Shown here in pieces: positions 52,886 through 62,982 of a stretch of DNA of 64,000 nt. Within the stretch, counting starts at the first letter, position 1. Each line of letters starts with the position of its first letter. The stretch spans positions 32,001 to 96,000 of the forward strand of contig JBFIML010000008.1 in the NCBI GenBank assembly GCA_041611735.1, given 5' to 3'. Origin of the DNA: Myxococcota bacterium (GTDB lineage: Bacteria > Myxococcota_A > UBA9160 > PR03). Under the pieces are notes generated by a model. That model had not been told where the DNA came from and made no database searches. It saw only the letters and a list, made by a program, of their open reading frames with translations. A program made the translations under genes and the position numbers.

Positions 52886-54556
52886 TCAGTTCACGATCTG
52901 GAAGCTGTCGAGCACCTGGTCGTCCAGGTCGTAGGCGGTCCACGTGAGGACGCTTCCGCTCACGTCCATCAGGTTGTAGTGCCAGGCGGATTCCACCACG
53001 TCGAAGAAGGCCCAGGGCTCGGGCGGCGTCCATGTGTCCAGCGCCCCGCCGCCCCCGCCCACGATCACGTACGTGACTCCGTTGCGAGCCCCGCGCTGGT
53101 AGGCATGGGCGTGCCCGCTGACGACCAGGTCGACGCTCTTCGCCTCGAAGACCGGCACCCAGTCCCGCCGCACCCAGGTCTCGCCATTGTAGGAGAAGGG
53201 GTCGTCCCAGAGGTTCGTGTAGGGCGGCCGGTGGAAGACCACGATGCGGAACTCGGCGACCAGGGCCTCGGGAGATTCGAGGGCCTGGATCAGGAAGGCG
53301 AGCTGGTCCTGCTCGGGGCTGGTCACCCCGGTGCGCGCCTCGGTGTCCAGCACCACGAAGAAGGCGTTCCCATAGGAAAAGGCGTACCAGGACTCGTTAC
53401 CCGGCAGCGCACTGTAGGCGTAGGCGAAGGCGTGCTCCTTGTCGTGATTGCCGCGGGCGAACACCACCGGTCTGGTCTGGGCAAAGAAGGCGATCTCGAG
53501 CGGGGCGAACCACTGGGTCTGCCACTCCTCGAGCACGTTCCCGTTCTGGACGACGTCGCCGGCGGCGATCAGGAGGTCGGGGTTGCGGGCCGCCATGTGG
53601 ATCACGTGCTGACCGAGGACACCGGGTCCGTTCTGATTGTCCGCGATCCAGGCGATGCGATACGGGCTCGAGGGGAGCGGGGCGGTGCGAAACGTGTAGA
53701 TGGGCGAGGCGGTCGTCTCGCTGACGACCCGGTAGTCGTAGGCCGTCTCGGGGGAGAGGCCACTCAGGACGGCCTTGTGTACGAAGTGCTGGGCATCCAC
53801 CTGGGTGGTCTCCACGTGGGCATGCACCTGCCCGAGGCCCGCCCCGGCAGGGCCCCACTCCACCGTGTGGCGGGCGCGGTTGCCGTCTGTCTCCCACAGG
53901 ATGGTCATGGCGTCCAGCCGCACGTCCTGGAGCATGGGCTGCTTGGTGAGCGTCGGTGGCGAGGTTTCGATCCGGGCCAGCTTGACGCTCGTGTCGTCCG
54001 CCATGCCGTCGTTGTCGAGGCCGGCGCGGAAGCGCGCTTCGATCTCGACCCGCAGGCGCCGGGTTCCCGGCGGGAGCACGGCCGCAGCCCGGCGCTGCAG
54101 CCAGTCGTCGTCCCCGACCAGCAGCGTGCGCACGCTGCCGAGCTCGATGCCCGCCGGATCGAGGAAGCGCACCCGGTAGAAGACCTGGTCGTCGAAACTC
54201 CCGGCGTTCGCCCAGCTTCGCAGCCACGCCTCGGCATTCACCGTGGCGAGCCCGGCGTCGAGGGTCGCGGCCAGGAAGCCCTCGCGCAGCAGGTCCACCT
54301 CCTGCCAGGCGCGGCAGCTCGCCACTGCTCCCTCGTCGCCCCCGTAGAAGAGCCAGTCGCCGGAGTGCGGAGTCGCCCACGGGAACGAGGGCCCGTACTC
54401 GATCTCGCACGAGCCGTACTCGACCACCCAGGGCGCGAAGACGCCGGCCTCGAAGCCCGGATTCCCGAGCAGCTCGCGGTCGAAGGGCTGGCGGGGTGCC
54501 CCGCCGAGGCAGGGCCAGACGGCGAGAGCGAGCGCCAGCAGGTGCAGCGGTCGCAT
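52886..54556 (-). CDS. Secreted metallophosphoesterase (purple acid phosphatase type) with an extra N-terminal domain
   Basis: Signal peptide, FN3-like region, ADNQ, GDVVQ, GNHD, SGHAHAYQR. Confidence 0.85.
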   Translation of the reverse strand: MRPLHLLALALAVWPCLGGAPRQPFDRELLGNPGFEAGVFAPWVVEYGSCEIEYGPSFPWATPHSGDWLFYGGDEGAVASCRAWQEVDLLREGFLAATLDAGLATVNAEAWLRSWANAGSFDDQVFYRVRFLDPAGIELGSVRTLLVGDDDWLQRRAAAVLPPGTRRLRVEIEARFRAGLDNDGMADDTSVKLARIETSPPTLTKQPMLQDVRLDAMTILWETDGNRARHTVEWGPAGAGLGQVHAHVETTQVDAQHFVHKAVLSGLSPETAYDYRVVSETTASPIYTFRTAPLPSSPYRIAWIADNQNGPGVLGQHVIHMAARNPDLLIAAGDVVQNGNVLEEWQTQWFAPLEIAFFAQTRPVVFARGNHDKEHAFAYAYSALPGNESWYAFSYGNAFFVVLDTEARTGVTSPEQDQLAFLIQALESPEALVAEFRIVVFHRPPYTNLWDDPFSYNGETWVRRDWVPVFEAKSVDLVVSGHAHAYQRGARNGVTYVIVGGGGGALDTWTPPEPWAFFDVVESAWHYNLMDVSGSVLTWTAYDLDDQVLDSFQIVN

Positions 54557-54602
54557 CAAGCCACTCTATGGGGACGCGCCCGGCCGGGTCAAGCCGGGCC
54601 GG

Positions 54603-55100
54603 TCACCCGGGCTCGCGCAGGTAGCTGGTGGCGAGCGCGTCGGCATACTCGTTCCAGCGCGATCCGTCGTGGGCTGCGATCCAGCGCAGCTCCACCTTGG
54701 GGTGGGCCGCGGCCAGGGCGTAGAGCTCCCGGACCAGCTCCAGGTTCTTGATGGGCCCGCCCTTGCGGCGCCAGCCGCGCTGCTCCCAGCCAGGCGCCCA
54801 CTCGTTGACGGTGCGCACGCAGAGCTGGCTGTCCGAGTAGACTGGCACCTCCGCGTCCCTGGGCAGCATGCGGTAGGCCTCGATCAGGGCGGTCAGCTCC
54901 ATGCGGTTGTTCGTGGTGTCCGGGTCGGAGCCGTGCTTCTCGGCCACGATGCGGCCGTCCTCGACCCAGACGACGCCCCAACCGCCGGGCCCCGGGTTGC
55001 CCTCGCAGGAGCCGTCGCTGAAAACGCCGGTTCGGGGACCGCCGCGGTAGCGAGCCAGCACCTCCTCGGGGCTCAGGAACTCGCTGCGCCGCGCCGCCAA
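54603..55100 (-). CDS. rnhA: Ribonuclease HI
   Basis: SDGSCEGNPGPGGWG, TTNNRMEL, SDS, IKNLEL, WNEYADALA. Confidence 0.92.
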   Translation of the reverse strand: MAARRSEFLSPEEVLARYRGGPRTGVFSDGSCEGNPGPGGWGVVWVEDGRIVAEKHGSDPDTTNNRMELTALIEAYRMLPRDAEVPVYSDSQLCVRTVNEWAPGWEQRGWRRKGGPIKNLELVRELYALAAAHPKVELRWIAAHDGSRWNEYADALATSYLREPG

Positions 55101-55101
55101 C

Positions 55102-56196
55102 CTAGGCTCCCACCCGGAAATAGATCACGTCGCCGTCCCGCACCACGTAGTCCTTGCCTTCGACTCGCATCCTTCCGCGCGCCTTGGCCTCGACCTCGCT
55201 TCCAGCGGCGTCGAAGTCCTCGAAGCGAATCACCTCGGCGCGGATGAAATGACGCTCGAAGTCCGTGTGGACCACCGCGGCGGCCCGCGGGGCCGTGGTT
55301 CCGGCCCGCACGGTCCAGGCCCGCACCTGCTTCGGTCCGATCGTGAAGAAGGTGACGAGGCCGAGCAGCGCGTAGGCGGCGCGGGCGAGGCGATGCAGCC
55401 CCGGCTCCTCCAGGCCGAGGTCGGCCAGGAAGGCGCGACGCTCCTCGGGCGGAAGCTCCGCCAGCTCGGCCTCGATCTTCGCACACAGGCGCAGTACGGG
55501 CGCGCCGCTGCGCGCCGCGTGCGCTTCCAGCGCCCGGGTTGCGGCGTTGGCCTTGCGGAGCGCCGCCTCGTCCACGTTCGCCACGTAGAGAACGGGCCTG
55601 GCGGTGAGCAGGTGACAGTCGCGAAAGACCTCGGCCATGGGATCCGGAACCGTGAAGGTGCGTGCCGGGCCTCCCGCGGAGAGGTGGGCCAGCAGGGCCT
55701 CCAGGAAGACCACCGCTTCCCGCGCCTCCTTCGCGCCGGTCTTGGCCGTGCGCCGGGCCGGGTCGAGGCGCCGTTCCACGGTCTCGAGGTCGGCGAGCCC
55801 GAGCTCGGTCTCCACGGTCTCCACGTCGCGTAGCGGATCGAGCGCGCCGTCCACGTGCACGACGTTCGGGTCCTCGAAGCAGCGCACCACGTGGAGCACC
55901 GCGTGCACCTCCCGGATGTGGGCCAGGAACTGGTTCCCGAGGCCTTCTCCCCGGGAGGCGCCGCGCACCAGCCCGGCGATGTCCACCAGCTCCACCGTGG
56001 CCGGAATCACCGCCGCCGGCTTGACCAGCTCGGCCAGTCGGTCGAGGCGCGCGTCGGGCACCGGCACCACGCCCGCGTTCGGCTCGACGGTGCAGAAGGG
56101 GTAGTTCTCGGCCGCGACCCCCGCCGCCGTCAAGGCGTTGAAGAGCGTGCTCTTCCCGACGTTGGGAAGCCCGACGATACCGGCGCGCAGGGGCAT
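55102..56196 (-). CDS. ychF: Ribosome-binding ATPase YchF
   Basis: [38 protein letters not shown]. Confidence 0.96.
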   Translation of the reverse strand: MPLRAGIVGLPNVGKSTLFNALTAAGVAAENYPFCTVEPNAGVVPVPDARLDRLAELVKPAAVIPATVELVDIAGLVRGASRGEGLGNQFLAHIREVHAVLHVVRCFEDPNVVHVDGALDPLRDVETVETELGLADLETVERRLDPARRTAKTGAKEAREAVVFLEALLAHLSAGGPARTFTVPDPMAEVFRDCHLLTARPVLYVANVDEAALRKANAATRALEAHAARSGAPVLRLCAKIEAELAELPPEERRAFLADLGLEEPGLHRLARAAYALLGLVTFFTIGPKQVRAWTVRAGTTAPRAAAVVHTDFERHFIRAEVIRFEDFDAAGSEVEAKARGRMRVEGKDYVVRDGDVIYFRVGA

Positions 56197-56308
56197 GGCG
56201 TGAGTAACACTAGCGGTCGTCCCAGCCAGCGCGAGCGCTCCGAGCCGGTTGCTCCAAGCGCCCTCCGGTTGGCCTCGTCCGGCTTCCAGCCCGAGCCGCC
56301 CGAGGGCT

Positions 56309-57307
56309 CTACTGCCGCCGAAACCAACGGGTGATCACGAGATCCTGCCGCACGCCCTCGGCCCGATGGCGGCGAGGCGTGACCTCGATTCCGGAGCCGA
56401 TCGGAAGCGCGGGCGGCACTTCGCGTGCTCTCACCTGGCTCTGCCCGATCACCGTCGGCTCGTCCACGCCCATCGGGTTGGCCAGGGCAGAGCGAGGTCG
56501 CATCACGAAGGCGCCGCGCGCCTTCTCGAGGTCGTCCCGGGGCGCGTCGGACAGGGCGACGTACACGTGAACGATCCCGTGATCGGCATGCCGCTCGAGT
56601 CCGGCGGCAGGTTCGGACACCACGACCGTTCGATCCGGGGCGACGGGATTGCCTTCAGCAGCTCCGATCGGCGGAAACAGCGCTGTCACCGTGCCCACGG
56701 CATCTACGAAGAAGACATAGACGAAGGAGCGGCCAAAGGGGCGAAACGCGATCCGCACCGGATCGCCTCCTCGAACCGCTGCTCCGTCATCGACCTCGCG
56801 CCCGGATTCGTCGAACACCGCCACGTCGATCCCAGTGACGCCACCCCGGGTGGAGACCTCGCTCTCGTCCTGATCGGACGGCGCCTCGAATGCCTCCTGC
56901 GAAGGTGGAGCCGTCGCAACAAAGAGATCTTCCTCCTGCGGAGGATCTTGTCCCGCAGGCACGACCGCTGCGGCTTCGGGGGCGTCGGGCTCCAGCGAGG
57001 ACTCTGCTTGGAAGCCCGGGTCCGGCTCGGGCGGTCGTTGGCGCTGAGGAAGCTGCGACGGATCGACCAGTGCCGTGAGCGGACGCGGGCCACCCTGCAG
57101 CGACAGCGTCCGCTCTTCCCGCAGCCGGGCCGCGAGGCTCAGCGTGAGGACGCGCGCGCTGTCGCAGTAGGACTGCGGGTTGTTCTCACACGTGACCGCA
57201 AGCCAGTCGCTAGCCACCAGGCTTGCCACCTCCACCGCCTGGCCGCAGGTGGCACCGATGAGCGCCAGCGGCCAGGCTGCCAGGGCCACCCGGAAGCCTC
57301 CTCGCAT
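56309..57307 (-). CDS. Exported protein with DUF4384-like domain
   Basis: RBS GGAGG, signal-like N-terminus, low-complexity linker, GDPVRIAF..FVYVFFVDAVGTVTALFP. Confidence 0.55.
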   Translation of the reverse strand: MRGGFRVALAAWPLALIGATCGQAVEVASLVASDWLAVTCENNPQSYCDSARVLTLSLAARLREERTLSLQGGPRPLTALVDPSQLPQRQRPPEPDPGFQAESSLEPDAPEAAAVVPAGQDPPQEEDLFVATAPPSQEAFEAPSDQDESEVSTRGGVTGIDVAVFDESGREVDDGAAVRGGDPVRIAFRPFGRSFVYVFFVDAVGTVTALFPPIGAAEGNPVAPDRTVVVSEPAAGLERHADHGIVHVYVALSDAPRDDLEKARGAFVMRPRSALANPMGVDEPTVIGQSQVRAREVPPALPIGSGIEVTPRRHRAEGVRQDLVITRWFRRQ

Positions 57308-57333
57308 CCCTCCCCTCCCGTGGCCCGTGGACT

Positions 57334-60135
57334 TCAAAGCGCCCGTACGAACGACGACCATCCCGTGTAGCCGGAGTTCGCCGTGCCGTTCCGGGTTCGG
57401 AAACGCCAGAAATACTGGGTTGCGACGTTGGGCGTGTCCACCTCGACATCCTGATAAGGAAGCGGCCACTGGATCGACGGCAACGTCAGGTTGAGCAGGT
57501 CGTTGAAGCTGAGGGCGCAGAGGTTCACCGATTGAACCTGCCCAAGGCCGTTCTCGCACAGGAACGGAATCACCAGGGGCGCGAAGCCCGCAACCAGCGT
57601 GTCCCGGAGATCCACCGAGGTGCGCTGGGGCGTGGCGTTACGCGTGAACGTGCGCCACACGTTGCGTGCGCAGGGGTACGGGATCAGGCCTTCGCAGATC
57701 CTCCATTCGAGCTCCCAGTAGCCGATCTCGACGTCGTAACGGGTGGTCGGATGCCAGCGGTGGTACTTGTCCGCATCGAAGAGCATCAATCGGACCCGAC
57801 TTCCGAAGGTCGGAAGCCACTCGTTGAGCGGCCCCGCGGCGCGCAGGCGATCGTTGGGACGATCTGCGGTGCTCGGCGATTCGAAGACCTGCCTGAGGAC
57901 GCCGACCTGGGAGGGCGTGTGTTCGTAGGCGAAGTCGCTCCCCGAGTCCATCACGTTGTCGCCCGCATCCCGGAAGGTGCCGCGCCCGAAGAACATGCCG
58001 CTCTCGACCTCATACTCGTTGCGCGTGAAGCCGCCGGTCGTCACCGTGGCAGGAAAGCGCCTGCGGAGCGACATGTTGTCCGAGCCGTTGTCGGCCAGGA
58101 CCTCGCTCAGACGGATCTCGTAGGTGTAGAAGAAGTCGCCAATCAGGCTTGCCCAGGAGTTCCACGACGCGTCCAGGCGGACCATGCCCGTCAAGAGGTC
58201 GAAGTCCGTGGCGCGGGTGCTCTCCATCCCGGGCTCGATGTACTCGTCCAGGAACTGGATGGCGGCGTGGGCGAGCTCGTGCATGGGCACGTAGTTGCTC
58301 TGCATGTCGTCGCGCGTGACCCGCGCGATCCCGTAGGGCCTGCCGATCAGATGGGGGAGGGCCGCATTCGCCGTGATATTGCCTCTCACGTTGAAGAGCA
58401 GAAGCACGCCGATCGGCTGCGGTCGCTGGGAAACGGGAGTGCTCGGGAAGCGCTGTTGAAGTAGCTGGTTCACCGTCGAGGCGACCTGGGCGTGATCGGA
58501 GCTGATGCCCTGGCCGTCCCGAACCGGATGGTCGAACAGCTGGGCGCCGAAGTTCGCGTTGCCCGACTCGAGGGTTTGGCCCGGAAGCCAGTAGACCGTG
58601 TAATGGATGCGGTCTCTCCAGCGGCGGGTGAACGCGTTCTGCGTATCGGTCGCCATCCGCAGGATCATCTGATCGACCTCTTCGCGGAAGGCTCCGTGAT
58701 CGTCGACCGTCCAGCCAGTGGGCAGGATCACGATCTCGCGCAGATGGCCACTCCGGTTGGGGCTGGTGAAACGCGATTCACCGCTGCAATCGCGGACCTC
58801 GTCGTTCGAACCGACGCTGCGGCAGTAGGAATACGGGGATTGCCCGGGTTGGAGGCGGGGCAGAGTGGGCGCGATGAGTTTGAGCGCGTCGATCTGCTCT
58901 CGAGGAAGCTTGATCACCTGGAAGCGACTGTCCAGCTCTCGCGTCTGGACCGGATTGGCCTGGGGTACGCGCATCCTCTGGTGCATCGCTTCGAACTCGG
59001 ATCGGAAGTCGCCGGGAACGTGGTTGCGGAGGTCGGAGGGAACGCTGGTTCGAGGGCGATCGGCACGACGCAGATCCATCAGGATCAAGCTCTTGGAGGC
59101 CGCGCGCTTGACGGCGGCAGAGGCCCGGGCATCCCCGAGGACCCCGGTGAGCAGGCGGCCGGTCGCGTCGTCGGGGCGCTCGGGACGAAGCTCTTCGAGG
59201 ATCGAGCCGCGGTCTTCGTCGCTGCGTGCCCTTGGGTAGAGCTCGCGAAGCGCCTTCTGTGCCTCCGGATCTCGCGAGCCACCGAGCCCGCGGAGCGCGG
59301 CGTCGCGAAGCGCGGGGTTGGAAGCGCGCTCGGCGATCTGGCGGGCGTTGAAGATCTGCTTCGAGCCGATGGAGGTGGTCTGCAGCTGGTGCAGGACCTG
59401 ATCTGGGTCAGCCGAGGGATCGAGGTTCACCACGCGCAGATCCGGCTCTGGAACCGAGGTCGCCTGCCAACCTTGCCGCGTCAGGCCTGCGCGCCTGGCG
59501 CTCTCGACTGCGTTGCGACGCGCCACCTCCTTCTCCAGCTCGGCCAGGTCGGGACCCGAGGGCTGCTTCACGGGCGCGGGTTGCGTCGAGGCGACCGTCG
59601 TCGGAAGCCGGGTCTTGCTCACCTGGACGCGGTGCATGCGGATCCGCGAGGCCGAGGCGAGCGTCGTGCTGCCTGCGCGCTCGAAGACGCCGGTGAGCGA
59701 GCCAGCCGCGTCGATCGCCCGGCCGTCGGGAAGCAGCAAGACCAGGTGATGCACGTCGCCGTCGCCGCCGAGGGACTCCGCGGCGGGGGCGACGAGATTG
59801 TTCTCGTGCGACGAGCTCTTCGCACGCAGCTTCCAAGCGAGATCGCCGGTTGCACTCCGGACTTCGAGAGGCGGCTGCTCGCTGATGGCGACCAGGTAAT
59901 CGCCCGCTTCGAGGACTGCGCTCTTGCCGTCCTGGGTTCGGAACGTGACGCTGCGTTCGAGGACGACCGGGGCATGCGGGGTCTCTCCGACGAGGCGCGG
60001 TGCCAGGCTCCCATCCCGCAACACCGGGGTGGCGGCCAGGGGATCCTCCTGGCCCTGGGCGGTGGCGCCGTAGGAGAGGACTCCCCACACCACCAGGCCG
60101 AGCAGTCCGAAAGCCCGCCCGAGAATGGCCACCAT
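57334..60135 (-). CDS. Large secreted multidomain protein with M64-like zinc metallopeptidase domain
   Basis: Signal peptide, HEAT-like helices, HELAHAAIQFLDEY. Confidence 0.65.
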   Translation of the reverse strand: MVAILGRAFGLLGLVVWGVLSYGATAQGQEDPLAATPVLRDGSLAPRLVGETPHAPVVLERSVTFRTQDGKSAVLEAGDYLVAISEQPPLEVRSATGDLAWKLRAKSSSHENNLVAPAAESLGGDGDVHHLVLLLPDGRAIDAAGSLTGVFERAGSTTLASASRIRMHRVQVSKTRLPTTVASTQPAPVKQPSGPDLAELEKEVARRNAVESARRAGLTRQGWQATSVPEPDLRVVNLDPSADPDQVLHQLQTTSIGSKQIFNARQIAERASNPALRDAALRGLGGSRDPEAQKALRELYPRARSDEDRGSILEELRPERPDDATGRLLTGVLGDARASAAVKRAASKSLILMDLRRADRPRTSVPSDLRNHVPGDFRSEFEAMHQRMRVPQANPVQTRELDSRFQVIKLPREQIDALKLIAPTLPRLQPGQSPYSYCRSVGSNDEVRDCSGESRFTSPNRSGHLREIVILPTGWTVDDHGAFREEVDQMILRMATDTQNAFTRRWRDRIHYTVYWLPGQTLESGNANFGAQLFDHPVRDGQGISSDHAQVASTVNQLLQQRFPSTPVSQRPQPIGVLLLFNVRGNITANAALPHLIGRPYGIARVTRDDMQSNYVPMHELAHAAIQFLDEYIEPGMESTRATDFDLLTGMVRLDASWNSWASLIGDFFYTYEIRLSEVLADNGSDNMSLRRRFPATVTTGGFTRNEYEVESGMFFGRGTFRDAGDNVMDSGSDFAYEHTPSQVGVLRQVFESPSTADRPNDRLRAAGPLNEWLPTFGSRVRLMLFDADKYHRWHPTTRYDVEIGYWELEWRICEGLIPYPCARNVWRTFTRNATPQRTSVDLRDTLVAGFAPLVIPFLCENGLGQVQSVNLCALSFNDLLNLTLPSIQWPLPYQDVEVDTPNVATQYFWRFRTRNGTANSGYTGWSSFVRAL

Positions 60136-60386
60136 GACGTGCGTCCTCCTGTGCCGAAGTGCCTCGCCACGTTATCACAAGGCAGGCTCCGAACGGGCCG
60201 AAGCGTCACGCCGGGCATCCCCCACGCTTCCCTTCCAGCCAGACGACGGCGGAGCAAATGCGCCGCACGGCCTGCGGAATCAGGACGGTGCGGTGCCGTC
60301 CCGATTCCCGGAAGCGGTCGGCCTCGACCTGCCCCGCCGGAGCGGGTCGCTGGCAGGTCCTTCCGACCTGCTCGAGTCCCCGCCGG

Positions 60387-61499
60387 TCACGCCCCGTACT
60401 CCGCCAGGAACTTCAGCCGCCACGCGTCGTAGCGTCCGGCCCGGATCGCCTCGCGGGCCTGGCGCACCAGCCGCTGGTAGAAGTGCACGTTGTGGATCGA
60501 GGCGAGGATCGCGGACAGGATCTCGTTGGCGGCGAACAGGTGGTGCAGGTAGGCGCGCGAGAAGCCCCCCGCGCACACGCTGCAGTCGCAGGAAGGGTCG
60601 ATCGGATAGCCGTCACGCCGGTAGCGGCGGTTGGTGAGCCGGATCCTGCCGCGCACGCTGAAGACCGCGGCCGAGCGCGCATAGCGCGTCGGGATCACGC
60701 AGTCGAAGAGGTCGATCCCGTAGCCGATGGCCGCCAGCAGGTCCTCGGGCAGGCCGACGCCCATCAGGTAGCGGGGCCGGTCCTCGGGAAGCAGCGCGGC
60801 GGTGTGCTCGGTGACCCGGCACAGCAGCTCGTGCCCCTCGCCCACCGAGACCCCGCCGATCCCGTAGCCCGGGAAGTCCAGGGCCACCAGCGACTCCGCG
60901 CAGCGGGTGCGCAGCTCGAGGTCCGTGCTCCCCTGCACGATCCCGAACAGCGCCTGCTCGTCCGGGCGGGTGTGTGCCCGCTGGCAGCGCTCCGCCCAGG
61001 CCAGCGTGCGCCGCACCCCCGTCGCGGCGAGCTTGGCGTCCGCAGGGTACGGCGTGCATTCATCGAAGGCCATGATCACGTCGGCGCCGAGGGCATTCTG
61101 GATCTCGATGGACCGCTCCGGGGTGAGCTCCACGACCGTGCCGGTGAGCTCGTTCTTGAAGCGCACGCCGCGGTCCGAGATCTCCTTGTTGGGCAGGGAG
61201 AAGACCTGGAAGCCGCCGCTGTCGGTCAGGATCGGCCCTTCCCAGCGCATGAAGGCGTGCAGCCCGCCGAGCTTCGCCACCAGGGCCTCCCCCGGGCGCA
61301 GGGTCAGGTGGTAGGTGTTGGCCAGGATGATCTCGGCCCCGGTCGCGCGCACCTGCTCGGGCGTCATGGCCTTCACCGCGCCGTGGGTGCCCACGGGCAT
61401 GAAGGCGGGCGTGTGCACGACGCCGTGGGGCGTGTCGAAGCGGCCGGCCCGGGCGGCGCCCGAGCGGGCTTCGAGGCGGTAGTGGAAGGGGAGCGCCAC
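60387..61499 (-). CDS. tgt: tRNA-guanine transglycosylase
   Basis: TPAFMPVGT, ANTYHL, TDSGGFQVFSL, DCVIPTR, Zn site CDCSVC..H. Confidence 0.95.
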   Translation of the reverse strand: MALPFHYRLEARSGAARAGRFDTPHGVVHTPAFMPVGTHGAVKAMTPEQVRATGAEIILANTYHLTLRPGEALVAKLGGLHAFMRWEGPILTDSGGFQVFSLPNKEISDRGVRFKNELTGTVVELTPERSIEIQNALGADVIMAFDECTPYPADAKLAATGVRRTLAWAERCQRAHTRPDEQALFGIVQGSTDLELRTRCAESLVALDFPGYGIGGVSVGEGHELLCRVTEHTAALLPEDRPRYLMGVGLPEDLLAAIGYGIDLFDCVIPTRYARSAAVFSVRGRIRLTNRRYRRDGYPIDPSCDCSVCAGGFSRAYLHHLFAANEILSAILASIHNVHFYQRLVRQAREAIRAGRYDAWRLKFLAEYGA

Positions 61500-61564
61500 G
61501 CGGCGATGCTAGCGGTTGCGGCCCCGACCCCCCGATGCGGGACGACGGCCCTGCCGGCGGGCGG

Positions 61565-61693
61565 CTAGCGGTAGGACTTGCGCCCGCCGCGGCTCTGGCG
61601 CAGGCGGGCGCGGGCGAGCTTGGCCTTGAGCCGCGCCCGGTAGCGGGCGGTCTTGCGCCGGTTGCGATGGGGGAGCGGCTTGGCCTTCTTCAT
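61565..61693 (-). CDS. 42-aa highly basic small protein
   Basis: MKKAKPLPHRNRRKTARYRARLKAKLARARLRQSRGGRKSYR; GGAGG 4 nt before ATG. Confidence 0.6.
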   Translation of the reverse strand: MKKAKPLPHRNRRKTARYRARLKAKLARARLRQSRGGRKSYR

Positions 61694-61794
61694 GGCGCCT
61701 CCGAGGCCGACCACGGTAGGCAAGCCGGCGGGCGCGGTCCAGCGCGGGCCGGACGTGACCCGGCGCGGGCCCCGGCGTACCCTAGGCCCGCAGC

Positions 61795-62976
61795 ATGACG
61801 GCGCCCGGACCCCTCCAGCGCATGGCCGACTTCGACCTCTCGTCCGAGCAGCGCGAGGTACGCCGGGCCGTGCGGGAGTTCGCCGAGAAGGAGATCCTCC
61901 CCTTCGTCGAGGAGTACGAGCGCCAGGAGAAGTATCCCCTCGATCTGATCCAGAAGCTCGTTCCCCTGGGCTACATCGCACCCATGATCCCCGAACGCTG
62001 GGGCGGCTCCTTCGTGGACGTCACCACCTACGGGGTAATCTGCGAGGAGCTGGCCCGGGTGGACTGGGTGGTCGCTTCGGTCGTCTCGGTGACCAACTCG
62101 CTGGTGGCCGGCTCGATCCTGCGCCACGGGAGCGAGATCCAGCAGGAGCGCTGGCTGCCTCCCATGGCCCGGGGCGACATCCTGACCTCCGCCTGTCTGA
62201 CCGAGCCCGGGGGCGGGACGGACCTGGCTCGCATGCGCACGGTCGCCGTGCGTGCCGACGGCGGCTGGCGGATCACCGGCACCAAGGTCTTCATCTCGCA
62301 CGCCGCCCACGCAGGGCTCTTCTTCCTGGTGGCGAGCGTCGACCCCGCCAAGGCGCACAGGGGCGTCACGGCCTTCCTGGTCGAGGCCGACTCGCCGGGG
62401 ATCCGCGTGGGAACCTTCCCCATGCGCACGCTCAAGCGCGACAACCTGGCGGAGGTGCACTTCGACGAGGTCTTCGTCCCCGACGAGAACCTGCTGGGCG
62501 AGCCGGGCGGCGGCTTCCCGGTGCTGGGCTCTGCCCTCGACATGGGGCGCTACTCGGTGGCCGCCCGCTGCGTGGGCCAGGCCCAGCGTTGCCTGGACCT
62601 GGCGGTGCCCTATGCCATGCAGCGCGAGGCCTTCGGGCACCGCATCGGCGAGTTCCAGATGATCCAGCAGAAGATCGCCGACATGGTGTGCCGCGCCGAG
62701 TCGGCTCGCGCCCTGGTGCATCGGCTCGGTCGCATGAAGGACGCGGGCGTGGCGCGGGCCTCCTGCGAGGCTTCGCTCGCCAAGCTCGTGGCCAGCGAAG
62801 CGGCCACCCGCAACGCCCTGGACGCCATCCAGATCCACGGCGGCTACGGCCTCTCCGCCGAGTACGAGGTCGGGCGCTTGCTGCTCGAGGCCAAGGCCCT
62901 CGAGTTCGGCGAGGGAACCAGCGAGCTGCACCGCAAGCTGATCGCCGAGTACGCGCTCGGCCTGCGCCAGCAGTAG
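61795..62976 (+). CDS. Acyl-CoA dehydrogenase (alternative ATG at 61822)
   Basis: LTEPGGGTD, REAFG..FQMIQ, IHGGYG, EGTSE. Confidence 0.92.
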   Translation: MTAPGPLQRMADFDLSSEQREVRRAVREFAEKEILPFVEEYERQEKYPLDLIQKLVPLGYIAPMIPERWGGSFVDVTTYGVICEELARVDWVVASVVSVTNSLVAGSILRHGSEIQQERWLPPMARGDILTSACLTEPGGGTDLARMRTVAVRADGGWRITGTKVFISHAAHAGLFFLVASVDPAKAHRGVTAFLVEADSPGIRVGTFPMRTLKRDNLAEVHFDEVFVPDENLLGEPGGGFPVLGSALDMGRYSVAARCVGQAQRCLDLAVPYAMQREAFGHRIGEFQMIQQKIADMVCRAESARALVHRLGRMKDAGVARASCEASLAKLVASEAATRNALDAIQIHGGYGLSAEYEVGRLLLEAKALEFGEGTSELHRKLIAEYALGLRQQ

Positions 62977-62982
62977 GGGACC

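Noticed and set aside
56200-60386. Prophage or integrative element
   Set aside because: No integrase, transposase, tRNA or flanking direct repeats seen; kept only as a putative islet
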